This document shows positions 19,079 through 30,400 of a stretch of 64,000 bases of DNA, in pieces (the stretch's first letter is position 1; each line of letters opens with the position of its first letter). A program made the position numbers and the translations under genes. Under the pieces are notes generated by a model. It worked only from the letters and a program-made list of their open reading frames with translations. It was not told where the DNA came from and ran no database searches. This DNA comes from Candidatus Melainabacteria bacterium 17Bon1m (GTDB lineage Bacteria; Cyanobacteriota; Vampirovibrionia; Obscuribacterales; Obscuribacteraceae), in NCBI GenBank assembly GCA_032128875.1, contig JAVLKG010000012.1, positions 64,001-128,000 on the forward strand, written 5' to 3'.

Positions 19079-19198
19079 TAGAGCGTGGGTGCGCGTTGCA
19101 CGCGCTCAAGCTTTTGTACTGTCGCAGGTATGCGACCAAATTTTTGTAGGGGCGGCATACATGCCGCCCTGCCAGGGAGCCGCATGCGGGTCCCTTAC
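19078..19198. repeat. REP-like palindrome cluster (GTAG family)
   Basis: GTAGGGGCGGCATACATGCCGCCC (19146-19169), inverted GGGAGCCGCATGCGGGTCCCTTAC (19175-19198) and GGTGCGCGTTGCACGCGCTC, between convergent genes. Confidence 0.7.
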
Positions 19199-19944
19199 GT
19201 TTCTGGGACATCAAACACACTTTCATCGATGTCCTGATCGAACAGCACGTTCGAATAAACACGGCGTGAATGTCTAAGTACATCGAATGATCCATTCTTC
19301 ACAATTTCAGCGATACTCGGATATGCTTGCCGCGCTCGTTTGATTGTTTCTCTTACTTCCGGCACCGCTATGACTGTTTCGTGCAATTCCAGAAACTCAT
19401 CCTTGCTCATCGTCGATTTTACTTCGACATCATGAACCGCTAAATCTGCCCTGAACCAAACATCAGTTGTTTCGCAGTCATTCGTTCTGCGAATGTGTGC
19501 CTTTGAATTTACCTCTTTGATATAGAAGCAATTTGAATCGAAGAAATTAGTGGCACAACTGTCTCGCATTTCTTTCTCTAAAAGAGTTGGAACCGCAAGG
19601 ACAAATCCATCGCTCGTCCAGTTTGAAACTGCGCAAATCTTCGCTAACGCATTACTTAAGGAATGACATTCCATCGCAGGATCGCCAGCTCCTTCCCGAA
19701 AAGCAAATACCTTCCCGTCATTGAAGGATATGCAAATAGGTAATCCACTTTGATCCTCGCTGAACCATATGTAAATGCTAAGACGTGATGGACGCAAATA
19801 AAAGGTGCTGAATGAATTGTGCGTTTTAATAACTCGTTCGCCAACAGTCGTGGTTATTTGAATCAGCCCTGAATCCTGATACGAATCGCAATGACGATAT
19901 TTGTTGGATAACATTTCCAAGAAATCTGCGGTCTTCTTGTCCAT
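19195..19944 (-). CDS. Hypothetical protein, possible LolA-like beta fold
   Basis: YRHCDSYQDSG..FSTFYLRPSRL and terminal DIDESVF pattern; GGGGA RBS. Confidence 0.5.
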   Translation of the reverse strand: MDKKTADFLEMLSNKYRHCDSYQDSGLIQITTTVGERVIKTHNSFSTFYLRPSRLSIYIWFSEDQSGLPICISFNDGKVFAFREGAGDPAMECHSLSNALAKICAVSNWTSDGFVLAVPTLLEKEMRDSCATNFFDSNCFYIKEVNSKAHIRRTNDCETTDVWFRADLAVHDVEVKSTMSKDEFLELHETVIAVPEVRETIKRARQAYPSIAEIVKNGSFDVLRHSRRVYSNVLFDQDIDESVFDVPET

Positions 19945-20023
19945 GTGTTCCCCGTCGTCTTGCTGCTTTTGTTGTTCTATTTCTCTGCTTCTAATGCGTG
20001 CTCTAAAACGCTATCCGCGAAAC

Positions 20024-21646
20024 TCAGCGTTTCGCCCTTATATCCGCCGCCTTGCTGGCGAGTATTCCCGCCATCTCGTCGCCGTCTGCTTCCTTCAACT
20101 CTTCCGCCCAGTCTTCTAAGACAAAAGCTAGAAAGATACTTTCTGCTCCTGTTTCTTCTTCGAGTTCCGCAACTGCAATCGCAATAAGTTCTCTCGCCTC
20201 TTCCATTCTTCCAAGGTGCTTGTTTGCAAGTGCAAGGCGGTAGTACGCAGAAGCATTGTAGTCGCGCATTCCGTCAAGAGCAGCGTTCTCTATGCGCCCT
20301 TGCAGATGTGACACCAAGCTCTCGCCATGATCTCTTCTTCCTATTCTTACTAAGATAGGCACGAGGCGTGCTAAAAGCAAGCAATCTATTTCGTCTTTTC
20401 TGTCGAGTTCGATCAATCTGTCGCAGATTTTTGAAGCTTCACTGCCTTGCCCGGTTTCACTGCATATGGTGGCAAGGGTAATGGCGCTTTGAAGTGTGTA
20501 AAGTGCTGTTTCACCACAGTAACGGTCTGCCATTTTTACGACCCAGCGTGAATACTCTTCTGCATCTTTCCACTTGCGCTGTTTGCAAAGCAGCTCTGCA
20601 AGTTGTTGTCCGTGGCTTATAGCAAGCATCTCATAACCATAAGTAGACTCTCCGCCGAACGTGTTGTCTACTACGGATTTGTAGTTTTGAAACAGCAATC
20701 GATCTAATGCTTCGACGCGCCCATACACGCCTGTGCGCTGCGCGAGTCTGGCGTATTCGGCTCGCACCAAACTTATGGAAAGAGGTGGCACCGCGGCTTC
20801 GCAAGCGTCCATTGCTTGAGCCAACAGTTCTTCGGCCAATTCGTAATTTTGATGCACGACGGTTTGCAGTCGAGAGAGGCGTACCAGTGCTTCCGCCGTA
20901 TAGCGCGCGCAAGCCTGCGGACGATTAGTGGCGAGTTCTATCGCCTGATCGTAGGCGTCTTCGGCTTCTTCGAACTGCTCTTTTCCAAAATAGTGCTTGC
21001 CTAATGACGATGCCGCATCGACAGCTTGTTGGCAGCACTCAGGATCGTCTTTCAAAATCGGCAACGCGCGCTCAATCAAAACGGCGGCCTCATCGTCATC
21101 GGTGTAGCTCATACACATATTGCCGAGCGAGAGGAGCGTGCGTCCAAGTAAAGAAGGGTCGGTGGGTGGATTGGTTTCCAAATGCTCCAGCAAATCGCGC
21201 AGTAAGCTTTCCGCTTCGTCTTGCCTGCCGTGCATGCCATAAAGGTGTGCAAGTTGCTCGATTGCCAGTGCAGCGCGTTCGTCCCTAACTTCGCGGTACA
21301 CCAAAATTGCTTGTTTGAGGTTCTTTTCCGCCTCGTCGAGCGCGTAAATGGTACCTAGCCTGCCAATCTGCGTGAGAATCGTGGCTACTTCGTGATGAAC
21401 AGGTCCGTATGCGTTCTTTGCAATGCCCAGGGCACGGTCCAGCTCGTCGAGCGCTTCGCCGGCCCGCCCCAGATTGGCAAGGACTTCGGCGTGCTTGCAC
21501 AGGGACTCGCATAGGCGAGTGTTGTTGTAGCCGAAGCGCTCGGCCTCGGCTAGAGCTGTTGCCAGGTGCTTCTCAGCAGCCTGCCAATTCTCGAGTTCAC
21601 ACTCTTTGCTGGCAGCTTCGATGCACTGCTGCCACTTCTGAAACAC
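20024..21646 (-). CDS. TPR-repeat protein
   Basis: All-helical TPR-like repeats (AYGPVHHEVATIL, GRQDEAESLL). Confidence 0.8.
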   Translation of the reverse strand: MFQKWQQCIEAASKECELENWQAAEKHLATALAEAERFGYNNTRLCESLCKHAEVLANLGRAGEALDELDRALGIAKNAYGPVHHEVATILTQIGRLGTIYALDEAEKNLKQAILVYREVRDERAALAIEQLAHLYGMHGRQDEAESLLRDLLEHLETNPPTDPSLLGRTLLSLGNMCMSYTDDDEAAVLIERALPILKDDPECCQQAVDAASSLGKHYFGKEQFEEAEDAYDQAIELATNRPQACARYTAEALVRLSRLQTVVHQNYELAEELLAQAMDACEAAVPPLSISLVRAEYARLAQRTGVYGRVEALDRLLFQNYKSVVDNTFGGESTYGYEMLAISHGQQLAELLCKQRKWKDAEEYSRWVVKMADRYCGETALYTLQSAITLATICSETGQGSEASKICDRLIELDRKDEIDCLLLARLVPILVRIGRRDHGESLVSHLQGRIENAALDGMRDYNASAYYRLALANKHLGRMEEARELIAIAVAELEEETGAESIFLAFVLEDWAEELKEADGDEMAGILASKAADIRAKR

Positions 21647-21765
21647 TAATATAAGTTCCTATTTGGTACTTATTAGGCCTAAATAGTCTTTCTGTTAGGC
21701 TAACTAATTTACTTCCACATGCATGAAGGATTTAACCTCCGGCATGGGCGCTGTATAATCGAATT

Positions 21766-22155
21766 GTGAATGTAATTGACCCCGTGGGGCTGGTATACAA
21801 GGCAATTGGTTCCGACGAGCCGTTTTACAGGCTGGTCGAACATTTTTACGAAGGGGTTGAGAAAGACCCCATTTTGCGACCGCTTTATCCCGAAGACCTT
21901 GCGCCTGGTAAAGAACATTTAGCGTTGTTTCTCATTCAGCGCACCGGTGGACGCCAGACTTACAGCGAACAGCGCGGTCATCCACGAATGCGCCAGAGGC
22001 ACATGCCCTTCAAAATTGGGCAGAAAGAACGTGATGCCTGGATTAAAAATATGAATGCAGCACTAGATGCGGTGCCGGAATTTTCAACGCATACTCAAAC
22101 TATGCGCGAGTTTTTCGATAGCTTTGCGACGTTCATGATCAATCAAGCCGAGTAA
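21766..22155 (+). CDS. Group II truncated hemoglobin (GlbO/trHbO-like)
   Basis: LVEHFYEGV.KDPILRPLYP, YSEQRGHPRMRQRHMPFKIG, ERDAW. Confidence 0.9.
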   Translation: MNVIDPVGLVYKAIGSDEPFYRLVEHFYEGVEKDPILRPLYPEDLAPGKEHLALFLIQRTGGRQTYSEQRGHPRMRQRHMPFKIGQKERDAWIKNMNAALDAVPEFSTHTQTMREFFDSFATFMINQAE

Positions 22156-22198
22156 AAATTCAGGCTTAAAATTGAGTCGTAAAATTCAATCCTGAAAA

Positions 22199-23404
22199 TT
22201 AGTCTACTTTGCTAATCATGAGGCTTTCTCTGAACTTTTGCGCAGATGCAAGAGCTTCGTCTCCCGTCTGATTTTGCGCGACGAAATGACCCATCTTTCG
22301 TTTCTCTCGGGCTTCGTGTTTTCCATAGAGAACCACATCAATGACTTCAGGAAAGGCTTCGAGGGCTTGTAGATTGAGTGGTTTTTGACCGTTGGTGCCT
22401 TGGGCTAGATAGACGTCACCGAGCAAGTTGCCCATGCAATAAGAGCCGACATCGACGCCTTTCGGATGCGCCAGGGGAATGTTGAGTAAAACTCTCGCCA
22501 GATTGTCGAATTGGCTGACGCTTGATGCCACCCGGGTAACGTGTCCGGAGTTGTGCGGGCGAGGCGCCATTTCGTTGATGTAGATAGTCCATTCGCCGAC
22601 TGTGATGCCGGAGGAATTTGGAGAACGTCGTTTTGCAAGGAAAAACTCAATACACAGCAGTCCGTTCACATCCATTCGCTTTGCGGTCGCTAGTGCAATG
22701 TCCTGCAGCTTGTCTGCAACCTCCAGCGGCAAGCGCGCGGGAAATACTGTGAAATCTAGAATGTGATTCTTGTGGAGGTTCTCGAAAACGGGATAGACAT
22801 AATCTTTGTTTGCTGGGTTGCGAACAACAATGCAGCTCACTTCCATCGCAATGTTGATCACTGCTTCGACAACAAAACCACTTCCTTCGTGCTTCAGAAG
22901 GTCCGTGTCATCAAGTAGAGTCTCTAGTTCCGACGTATTGTTAATGAGCCATTGCCCTTTGCCATCATAACCACCGCGTGCGGTTTTGATAATAAAAGGC
23001 AGTTGAAATGCGCGTGCTTCCTGCTCGAGCTCTTTGACTGTTTTTGCAGTAGCGAAGTGTGCGTGAGGGAGGTTGTTTTCTTTTAGAAACTGCTTTTCCT
23101 GAATGCGGTCTTGGCAGATGGCCAGGACTTTCACACTAGGCAAAATTGGCTTTACTTTCGCCAGCGAATAGAGTGGTGCACTTTCAACATTCTCAAACTC
23201 GTATGTGACCACATCGCAGTGTTCGAAAAATTCTCTTAAGTGATATGCGTCGGTAAAGGATTTGGTAAAGGAACGGGCCGCCAGTCTGTGTGCGGGAGCA
23301 TTAACATCAGGATCATAAACCGCGACAGTGCCACCGTATCGGTAGATGCTTTCTGCAAGAAGCATCCCTAGTTGACCACCACCAAGAATACCTACTGTCG
23401 CCAT
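22199..23404 (-). CDS. purK: N5-carboxyaminoimidazole ribonucleotide synthase
   Basis: GILGGGQLG, TYEFENV, GGYDGKGQ, NEMAPRPHNSGH, RKMGH. Confidence 0.95.
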   Translation of the reverse strand: MATVGILGGGQLGMLLAESIYRYGGTVAVYDPDVNAPAHRLAARSFTKSFTDAYHLREFFEHCDVVTYEFENVESAPLYSLAKVKPILPSVKVLAICQDRIQEKQFLKENNLPHAHFATAKTVKELEQEARAFQLPFIIKTARGGYDGKGQWLINNTSELETLLDDTDLLKHEGSGFVVEAVINIAMEVSCIVVRNPANKDYVYPVFENLHKNHILDFTVFPARLPLEVADKLQDIALATAKRMDVNGLLCIEFFLAKRRSPNSSGITVGEWTIYINEMAPRPHNSGHVTRVASSVSQFDNLARVLLNIPLAHPKGVDVGSYCMGNLLGDVYLAQGTNGQKPLNLQALEAFPEVIDVVLYGKHEAREKRKMGHFVAQNQTGDEALASAQKFRESLMISKVD

Positions 23405-23490
23405 TTGTATTGTCTTTTCTGCCTCGTTTTACTCGTTCGAATTGAGTCCCTGGAGCTCAAACCGGGCCATGCATGGCATTGCCCTTATGC

Positions 23491-24000
23491 TTACTTAGTC
23501 GTCAACCTTTCTTTCACTACGACGTCACCAGCGCGGGCTTCGTCGGCGAGTTTTTCTCTGTATTTCTTCATTGCGGCGAGAAGCTTTTCGTCTTCAAGCG
23601 CGAGAATTTGAATGGCGAAAAGCGCAGCGTTGACGGCGCCCGCTTGTCCGATTGCGAATGTAGCGGTCGGAATACCGGAGGGCATTTGGACAATTGAAAG
23701 CAAGCTGTCGACGCCCTTAAGCACGCGTGATTCCATGGGCACACCAAGCACCGGTAGCGGTGTCAAAGCTGAAACCATACCGGGTAAATGAGCGGCACCG
23801 CCCGCTCCGGCGATGATTACTTTCAACCCCCGCTCTTCAGCAGTGGTCGCATAGTCGAACATCTCCTTGGGCATGCGGTGCGCGCTCTTGACCGAGATTT
23901 CATAAGGGACATCGAAATCAATCAGCACTTGCTCGCCGTGTTTGAAAGTCTCGTAATCGGACTTGCTTCCCATTACGATGCCGACGACAGGCTTTTTCAT
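23491..24000 (-). CDS. purE: N5-CAIR mutase
   Basis: [31 protein letters not shown]. Confidence 0.97.
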   Translation of the reverse strand: MKKPVVGIVMGSKSDYETFKHGEQVLIDFDVPYEISVKSAHRMPKEMFDYATTAEERGLKVIIAGAGGAAHLPGMVSALTPLPVLGVPMESRVLKGVDSLLSIVQMPSGIPTATFAIGQAGAVNAALFAIQILALEDEKLLAAMKKYREKLADEARAGDVVVKERLTTK

Positions 24001-24109
24001 TTCGTGTCCCTCTTATCTCGCATTTGTTTTGTGCATTTCGTATCTCGCTGTTCGCAGCAAGTCACTAATTGAAAGCTTTTAGTGATTGCAGAAACTAACA
24101 CCGAAATAT

Positions 24110-25708
24110 CTAGTGCTTGAAGCAGCGTTGTCCTGTGAAGAGCATCGTGATGCCTGCTTTTTCGCAGGCTTCGATGACCTCTTTGTCTTTGATGCTGCCT
24201 CCCGGCTGCACAATCAACTTGATACCGGCTTCCTTGCAAGCGTCAATGTTGTCTGTTGCCGGAAAGAATGCATCGCTGGCGAGGACCGCACCGCGTGCCG
24301 CTTCACCTGCTTGTTCCAGAGCGATTTTTACTGACGCGATACGGCTTGTTTGACCAATACCGAAGCCCAGCGATTTCCCATCTTTAGCAATGAAGATTGC
24401 GTTTGATGTGAGGTGTTTTACGACCGACCATGCGAATTGTGCATCGCCAAGCAGTTGGTCTTCGCCTTTGCCGGAGACCTTTTGGAACTTCTCACCGGTG
24501 ACCGGCGGTTCTGTATCCTTTTCGATAATCCAGCCGAAATCTTGCAGGTATTTTGCGGTCCAAGCATCGTGCGCTTGGGGTGAAAGCACGTTTGGCTTAA
24601 ACTTCAGCACGCGAATGTTTTTCTTTGTGGAAAGAACCTTCAACGCGCCTTCTTCGAAATCTGGCGCGGCGACGATTTCTACAAATCCTTCGACGATCTT
24701 GCGCGCCAGGTCTTCGGTCAATTTTGCGGTAAATCCATAGATGCCGCCGAATGCGGAAACCGGATCTGTGGAATAAGCCTTTTCAAACGCTTCATCCAAT
24801 GTTTTGCCGATTGCGACACCGCATGGATTGTTGTGTTTGATAATGCATGCTGCAGGGTTGCCCGCGTCTCTCAAGATGCGAACCAGGCAATAGGTGTCGG
24901 TGATATTGTTGGAAGACATCTCTTTGCCTTGCAATTGCAAGAAAGGAGGAAAGCTCTCTTCCGTTTTTCCGCAAAGAGAATCTGAATACCAGACCGCTGC
25001 TTGATGCGGATTTTCGCCGTATCTGAGCGATTGGAATTGCGAGAGGTTCAAAGTCACTGATGGCGGCAATGCTTCACCTTCCGAGCATGTTTCACCAGCT
25101 TTGGCACCGGCAGTCTTTACGAGCGCTTGTTGCTGTTTGGCAAAGTAGTTAGAAATCTGTCTGTCATATTCTGCTGTGCGAGTAAATGCGGCATAGCAAA
25201 GTTGTTTGCGCAACTCGTCTGTAATTTTGCCTTGGTTGGCTTTCATCGATTCGATGATTGAATCGTATTGCTCTGGTTGGCATGCGATTGCCAGATACTT
25301 GTGATTTTTAGCGGCGGCACGGATAAGCGATGGTCCACCGATGTCGATCTGCTCAACCATTTTTTCAGGAGGCAGACCTTCTGCAAGCTTTTTCTCGAAT
25401 GGATAGAGATTGACGACTACCAAGTCGAGGGGCTGTACGCCGATGTCTTTTAAAACTTTGCCATCCTCTTCTTTATCTCTATAAAGAATGCCGGCGAAAA
25501 CTTTCGGGTGCAGTGTCTTTACGCGCCCGCCGAGAATTTCAGGAAACTGCGTCAGATCCTCGACTTTATTGCAGTCAATTCCAATTTCTTTTATATATGC
25601 GTAGGTGCTGGATGTCGCAATGATATTCAGCTCTCCAAGCTCCTTCAGCTCTTTAAGGAACTTCTCCAACCCTGTTTTGTCGGAAACGCTGATTAGCGCA
25701 TTGACCAT
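24110..25708 (-). CDS. purH: Bifunctional AICAR transformylase/IMP cyclohydrolase
   Basis: ALISVSDKTG, GGRVKTLHP, IDIGGP, LRYGENPHQ, KHNNPCG, SDAFFP. Confidence 0.97.
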   Translation of the reverse strand: MVNALISVSDKTGLEKFLKELKELGELNIIATSSTYAYIKEIGIDCNKVEDLTQFPEILGGRVKTLHPKVFAGILYRDKEEDGKVLKDIGVQPLDLVVVNLYPFEKKLAEGLPPEKMVEQIDIGGPSLIRAAAKNHKYLAIACQPEQYDSIIESMKANQGKITDELRKQLCYAAFTRTAEYDRQISNYFAKQQQALVKTAGAKAGETCSEGEALPPSVTLNLSQFQSLRYGENPHQAAVWYSDSLCGKTEESFPPFLQLQGKEMSSNNITDTYCLVRILRDAGNPAACIIKHNNPCGVAIGKTLDEAFEKAYSTDPVSAFGGIYGFTAKLTEDLARKIVEGFVEIVAAPDFEEGALKVLSTKKNIRVLKFKPNVLSPQAHDAWTAKYLQDFGWIIEKDTEPPVTGEKFQKVSGKGEDQLLGDAQFAWSVVKHLTSNAIFIAKDGKSLGFGIGQTSRIASVKIALEQAGEAARGAVLASDAFFPATDNIDACKEAGIKLIVQPGGSIKDKEVIEACEKAGITMLFTGQRCFKH

Positions 25709-25712
25709 AATT

Positions 25713-26720
25713 TTACTCCTTCAAGTTGATTGCGCCACCACGTGCGCCCACGCCGTCGATGACCACTTCACCGCGACTGTCCGTAACCTCTCCCACCACT
25801 TTTGCTGTAAAACCGTATTCTGTAAACGTCTTTATGACCAAATCTGCATCACCGTCTGTGGTGACCGTCATTCCCATGCCCATGTTGAACGTTTTGTACA
25901 TCTCATCCGGCTCGATGTTGCGTCCGAGATGTTCAAATATTTCTGGTACCGGCAGCAGGCTGTTCAGCTTGTAGCCTACATTCTTTGATAGTCTGAGCAT
26001 ATTTCGCCAGCCACCGCCCGTGATGTGGGTGACACCTGTAATTGCTTGCGGCTTTTTATCGAGAATTTCATTGACTGGCTTTGTATAGATCAACGTTGGC
26101 GTCAAAAGCTTTTCTTTCAAACCTTTGTCATCGCCAACCAATTTCGATGCGAGCGACAGTCCATTTGAATGGATACCGGACGAAGCGATACCGACGACTT
26201 GCTGACCTTTTTTGATCTTTTCACCTGTAATAAGTTTTTCTTTGCTGACCAGACCTACTGCAAAGCCAGCCATGTCGAAGTGTCCGCCTTTATACAGATC
26301 TGGCATCTCTGCGGTTTCGCCACCAACCAGAAGCAAGCCTGCCTGGTCGCATCCTTCGACGATACCTTGCATGATCTGGTCGGCATCTTCGTCGACGAGT
26401 TTGCCGACTGCGTAGTAATCGAGAAATGCGACAGGGCGCGCACCGACGCACACCAGGTCATTTGCGCACATTGCCACCAAGTCTATGCCGATGGTGCTGA
26501 GCTGCTTGAGCTCCAAGGCTATAAGCAATTTTGTTCCGACACCGTCAGTGGTGAGCGCCATTGCGGTTCGCTCATCGACGGGGTAGACCGCCGCATAACC
26601 ACCTGCGGCCGGCCACATTTGCTGATGGGCGGCTCGTTTGGAAAGGCGCTTCAATCGGGTGACGAAAGCTTCTGCTTTCAGCACATCGACTCCTGCTTGC
26701 GCGTAAGTTTTTGGTTCCAT
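25713..26720 (-). CDS. purM: AIR synthetase
   Basis: YAQAGVD, DGVGTK, GGETAEMP, SSGIHSNG, TFNMGMG. Confidence 0.96.
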   Translation of the reverse strand: MEPKTYAQAGVDVLKAEAFVTRLKRLSKRAAHQQMWPAAGGYAAVYPVDERTAMALTTDGVGTKLLIALELKQLSTIGIDLVAMCANDLVCVGARPVAFLDYYAVGKLVDEDADQIMQGIVEGCDQAGLLLVGGETAEMPDLYKGGHFDMAGFAVGLVSKEKLITGEKIKKGQQVVGIASSGIHSNGLSLASKLVGDDKGLKEKLLTPTLIYTKPVNEILDKKPQAITGVTHITGGGWRNMLRLSKNVGYKLNSLLPVPEIFEHLGRNIEPDEMYKTFNMGMGMTVTTDGDADLVIKTFTEYGFTAKVVGEVTDSRGEVVIDGVGARGGAINLKE

Positions 26721-27472
26721 CAGTTTGCCACCATTGAATGAGCGTTTTGAAAAATTCTAAGACCTGGAGGAGCTTTATCCGGCAAAGAAGTCAATCGAGT
26801 CCAACTCGGATGCTGTGTCCAGCGCACAAACGCTTCCGGGTGTGGCATAAGTCCAAAGACGTTTCCTTTAGAATTTGTCAGCCCCGAAATACGATCAAAG
26901 CTGCCATTGACCTCAAGTGAATATCTGAGTGGTGCTTGCTTCTTTACTGCTTCTTCGGAATCCTTTGCTGGGGACAAGCGCCCTTCGCCGTGGCGAATTG
27001 GCAAGTCGAATTCAGTCAAACCTTCTAACCAGGGGCACGAGACTTTTGAGTCGACCGAAAGTTGAACCCACCTGTTGATAAACTTCTTGCCGTTGTTGCG
27101 AGCCAAGCTTGCCAGACGCACTCCGTCTTTTTCTGACTCCGGAAGTAAGCCCATTTGCACCAAGCATTGAAAACCGTTGCAGATGCCAATGACTAGCTTT
27201 CCCTCATCGACGAATTCTTTGAGGCTGTCTTTTAATGCTGCTTCAAGTTTGATCGCCAGAACCTTACCCGATGCGATTTCATCGCCGAATGAAAAGCCCC
27301 CGGGCAGAGCCAGAAGTTTTGCATCCTTGAGCAACTTAGGATTACTCAGAAGATCGCTGGTATGTGTCAGCAATGGATCGAAGCCGGCGATTTGCAGGGC
27401 GAACGAAGTCTCGTCGCCGCAGTTGATGCCGTCTCCTGTCAAAACTATTGCTGTTGGTTTCATTGCTGCCAT
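26720..27472 (-). CDS. purQ: FGAM synthase glutaminase subunit
   Basis: GINC, PGGFSFGD, GICNGFQ, HGEG, MPHPE. Confidence 0.95.
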   Translation of the reverse strand: MAAMKPTAIVLTGDGINCGDETSFALQIAGFDPLLTHTSDLLSNPKLLKDAKLLALPGGFSFGDEIASGKVLAIKLEAALKDSLKEFVDEGKLVIGICNGFQCLVQMGLLPESEKDGVRLASLARNNGKKFINRWVQLSVDSKVSCPWLEGLTEFDLPIRHGEGRLSPAKDSEEAVKKQAPLRYSLEVNGSFDRISGLTNSKGNVFGLMPHPEAFVRWTQHPSWTRLTSLPDKAPPGLRIFQNAHSMVAN

Positions 27473-27478
27473 CCTGCC

Positions 27479-30400
27479 TTAGTCAAATGGAAGTGCCGTT
27501 TCCCACGCTGTTTTCATCGCCTGCGTGCTCAGGCTGATCAAGTCTCTTTCTTCTGGCTTCATCTCGCTGTCGACAATGTTGAGCTGTTGCTCGGCTGTGA
27601 CTTCGCCTATCTTGATTGAAGTAAGTCCTTCGAAATGCCGCTCGAAATCTGATTGATGATCCGGGTTTATGGAGACCACGATGTGACCTGGTCCTTCCCC
27701 GAAGAGTAAGGCGTCAGCCCGAGTAACGAAGTCCCACGATTTGAACGCTTGCGTTCCGCGCTCTTCGTAGAGGTTAGAGAGGTATTTGTGGTACTCGCCA
27801 ATATCTAAAGAGGCGCCATTTCTCGAGCCGATAACGCTTTCGGCAATGCAGGCGGCGAGCCCGCCTTCAGAAATGTCGTGCGCAGAATGTATCCAGCCGC
27901 TCTTGATTGCAGTGTGCAATCTTCTATAGAGAGTTGGCGCGCGATCGAGGTCTAATTCGGGCAGCATTATTGATTGCCATCCGTTGAATTCTTCGTAGTG
28001 GCTGGCGGCTAAGCCGAGCACTCCAGCGCTGAGAATATAAATTAGGTCGCCGGCTTTTTTAAACTCCATGGAGCGGGCGAAGCGAGCTTCAGGAACCCGT
28101 CCCATGCATGAAATCAGCAATGTGGGCGGAATCGCGAGCTTCAGCGCGCCGTCATCGAAGTTGTTTTTCATGCTGTCTTTGCCGGAGATCAATGGTGCTC
28201 CGTATGCAATCACAGCGTCGTAAAGTCCCTGGCAGCAGCGCACCAGTTCTGCCAAGTGCCGCTTACCTTGCGGGTTGCTATCACTGTAGACTGGGTCAGG
28301 CCAGCAGAAATTGTCCAACAGGGAAAGTGTGTCGGGGTCTGCGCCTACACAAACCGCGTTTCGTACAGCTTCGTCAACTGCACACTGAGCCATCAAATAT
28401 GGATCGTGTTCGCTCAACCTGGGGCATAAGCCATTAGAGACTGCGAGCGCAGGAGCGTGGTCGAGATCAGCGGTCAATCTGGGCAGGAGAACGGCTGCAT
28501 CGCAGGGCGCCTTTTGCGCTGGTCCCATCAATGGTTTGATAACACTTTGGCCGCGCACTTCATGATCGTATTGTCTGATGATTGGCTCTCTCGAGCAGAT
28601 GTTCGGGTGCTTGAGCAATTGAAGTAAAACGCGGCCCAGATGTTCCGGCTGCTTGCCTGTCTTCATCGTGATTTGAGCTGGGCTCCACTGCGATTCCAAC
28701 GAAAGAACCGGGCAACCGTCGTGAAGAAATTCAAGGTCTAGCAAAGCAACTGTTTTGCCGTTGTTTTGAACTTCGAAATACCCCTTGTTGGTGAACTCAC
28801 CGATATTGCTTACTTCAACATTATGCTTTTCGGCAAGCTTCTTTATGCCGTCGAAGTCATTAGTAGAAATGGTCATGCGCTCTTGCGATTCGGAGACCAC
28901 AACTTCCCAATCTGCTAAGCCTGGGTATTTGGTTGGCACTCTGTCCAGGTGAATTATCGCACCACCCGTGATGTTAGCCATCTCACCGACGGAAGAAGAT
29001 AAACCACCAGCGCCATTATCGGTAATGCCGGTAATCAAACCTGCATCGCGAGCGTCGATAACGAAGTCGAGCAAGCGTTTTTGTGTAAATGGATCACCAA
29101 TTTGTACCGCAGACATCGGCGAACCTTCGTTCAACGACTCTGACGAGAAAGTAGCGCCATGAATACCATCTTTACCGACACGTCCGCCGGCCATAATGAT
29201 CAGGTCGCCGGCTTGCGTATGTTTTTTTACAGCATCTCGTGTCTCGTTGCCGGCTTTGATGTACAACGGAAGCAATCCGCCTGTGCCGCAAAATACTAGT
29301 GGCTTTGCTCTGTAGCCCGGGTCGAAGTAAATGGCACCATTTACGGTGGGAATGCCGCTTTTGTTGCCACCGTCTTCAACACCTTTTCGCACGCCGTCGA
29401 GAATTGCTTTTGCTGGCAAAAGTTTCGGACGTTGAGGTAGAGATGGAGACGGATATGCAAAACAGAAAATGTCTGTATTAAAAAGTGGCTTAGCGCCGAG
29501 ACCCGTGCCGAGGATGTCTCGGTTGACTCCAAGAATTCCAGTCAATGCACCGCCATAAGGTTCGAGGGCGGAAGGTGAATTGTGTGTTTCGACCTTGAAG
29601 CAAACTGCAGTCTCGTTATCCCATTTGACGACACCGGCGTTGTCTTCAAAAACAGAAAGAAGGTCTTTTCTCCATTGTGAGAGTTTTTTCGTAGCCGCCT
29701 TGATGTAGGTCTTGTAGAGGCTCGTTATCGTCTCTGACCTCAACTCGCGCGGCTTACTATTGTCGATGTGGGTAATCTTCGCGTTGAATATTTTGTGTTT
29801 GCAGTGCTCAGACCATGTCTGCGCCAACACTTCCAATTCGACATCGGTAGGCATCTCCGGCATGCCATGACCTTTCCTGTCTGCCTTCGTTTTGTCGAGG
29901 CGATAATATTGTCTGATTGCTTTCATCTCGTCGAGATTGAGCGCAAGCAGCCGTTCTTTGCTCAATGCTTCCAAGTTCGCATCGGGCAACTCCAGGTTGA
30001 CGTTTTCAACCTTAGGAGTTTCCGGCAGCACCACATGAGGAAACTTAAGTAGTTTTGCACCATCACCGGATGTTTCGTGTACGACAAAACGATCTGTAAG
30101 TGGGTGATATTCCTTATAAATAAGCATCTGCGAAATCGCCTTGGCGTCACCGGATTTTTCTTTGAAGAGAAAACCTTTGCCGGAGGCGACTTTAATGATG
30201 CTTTTCAGACCCTTCAGCCTGAGCGCTTCTTCAACAGTGTGAGCGAGGTTGTCCGTTACTCCTGGTAAAAACTGTCTTTCTGCGAAGTGCTTATATTCTT
30301 CTTTTGCAAATCTCTCCAGCCATTTTGAACGCTCTTCAGGGATGCAAGCCAGTACTTCTTGCGACAGCGAGTCAGCAAGAACAGCACTGATGTCCTTCTG

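Noticed and set aside
22152-22202. AAAATT repeated four times at 13-14 nt spacing between the globin and purK
   Set aside because: Too short and AT-rich to assign a function.
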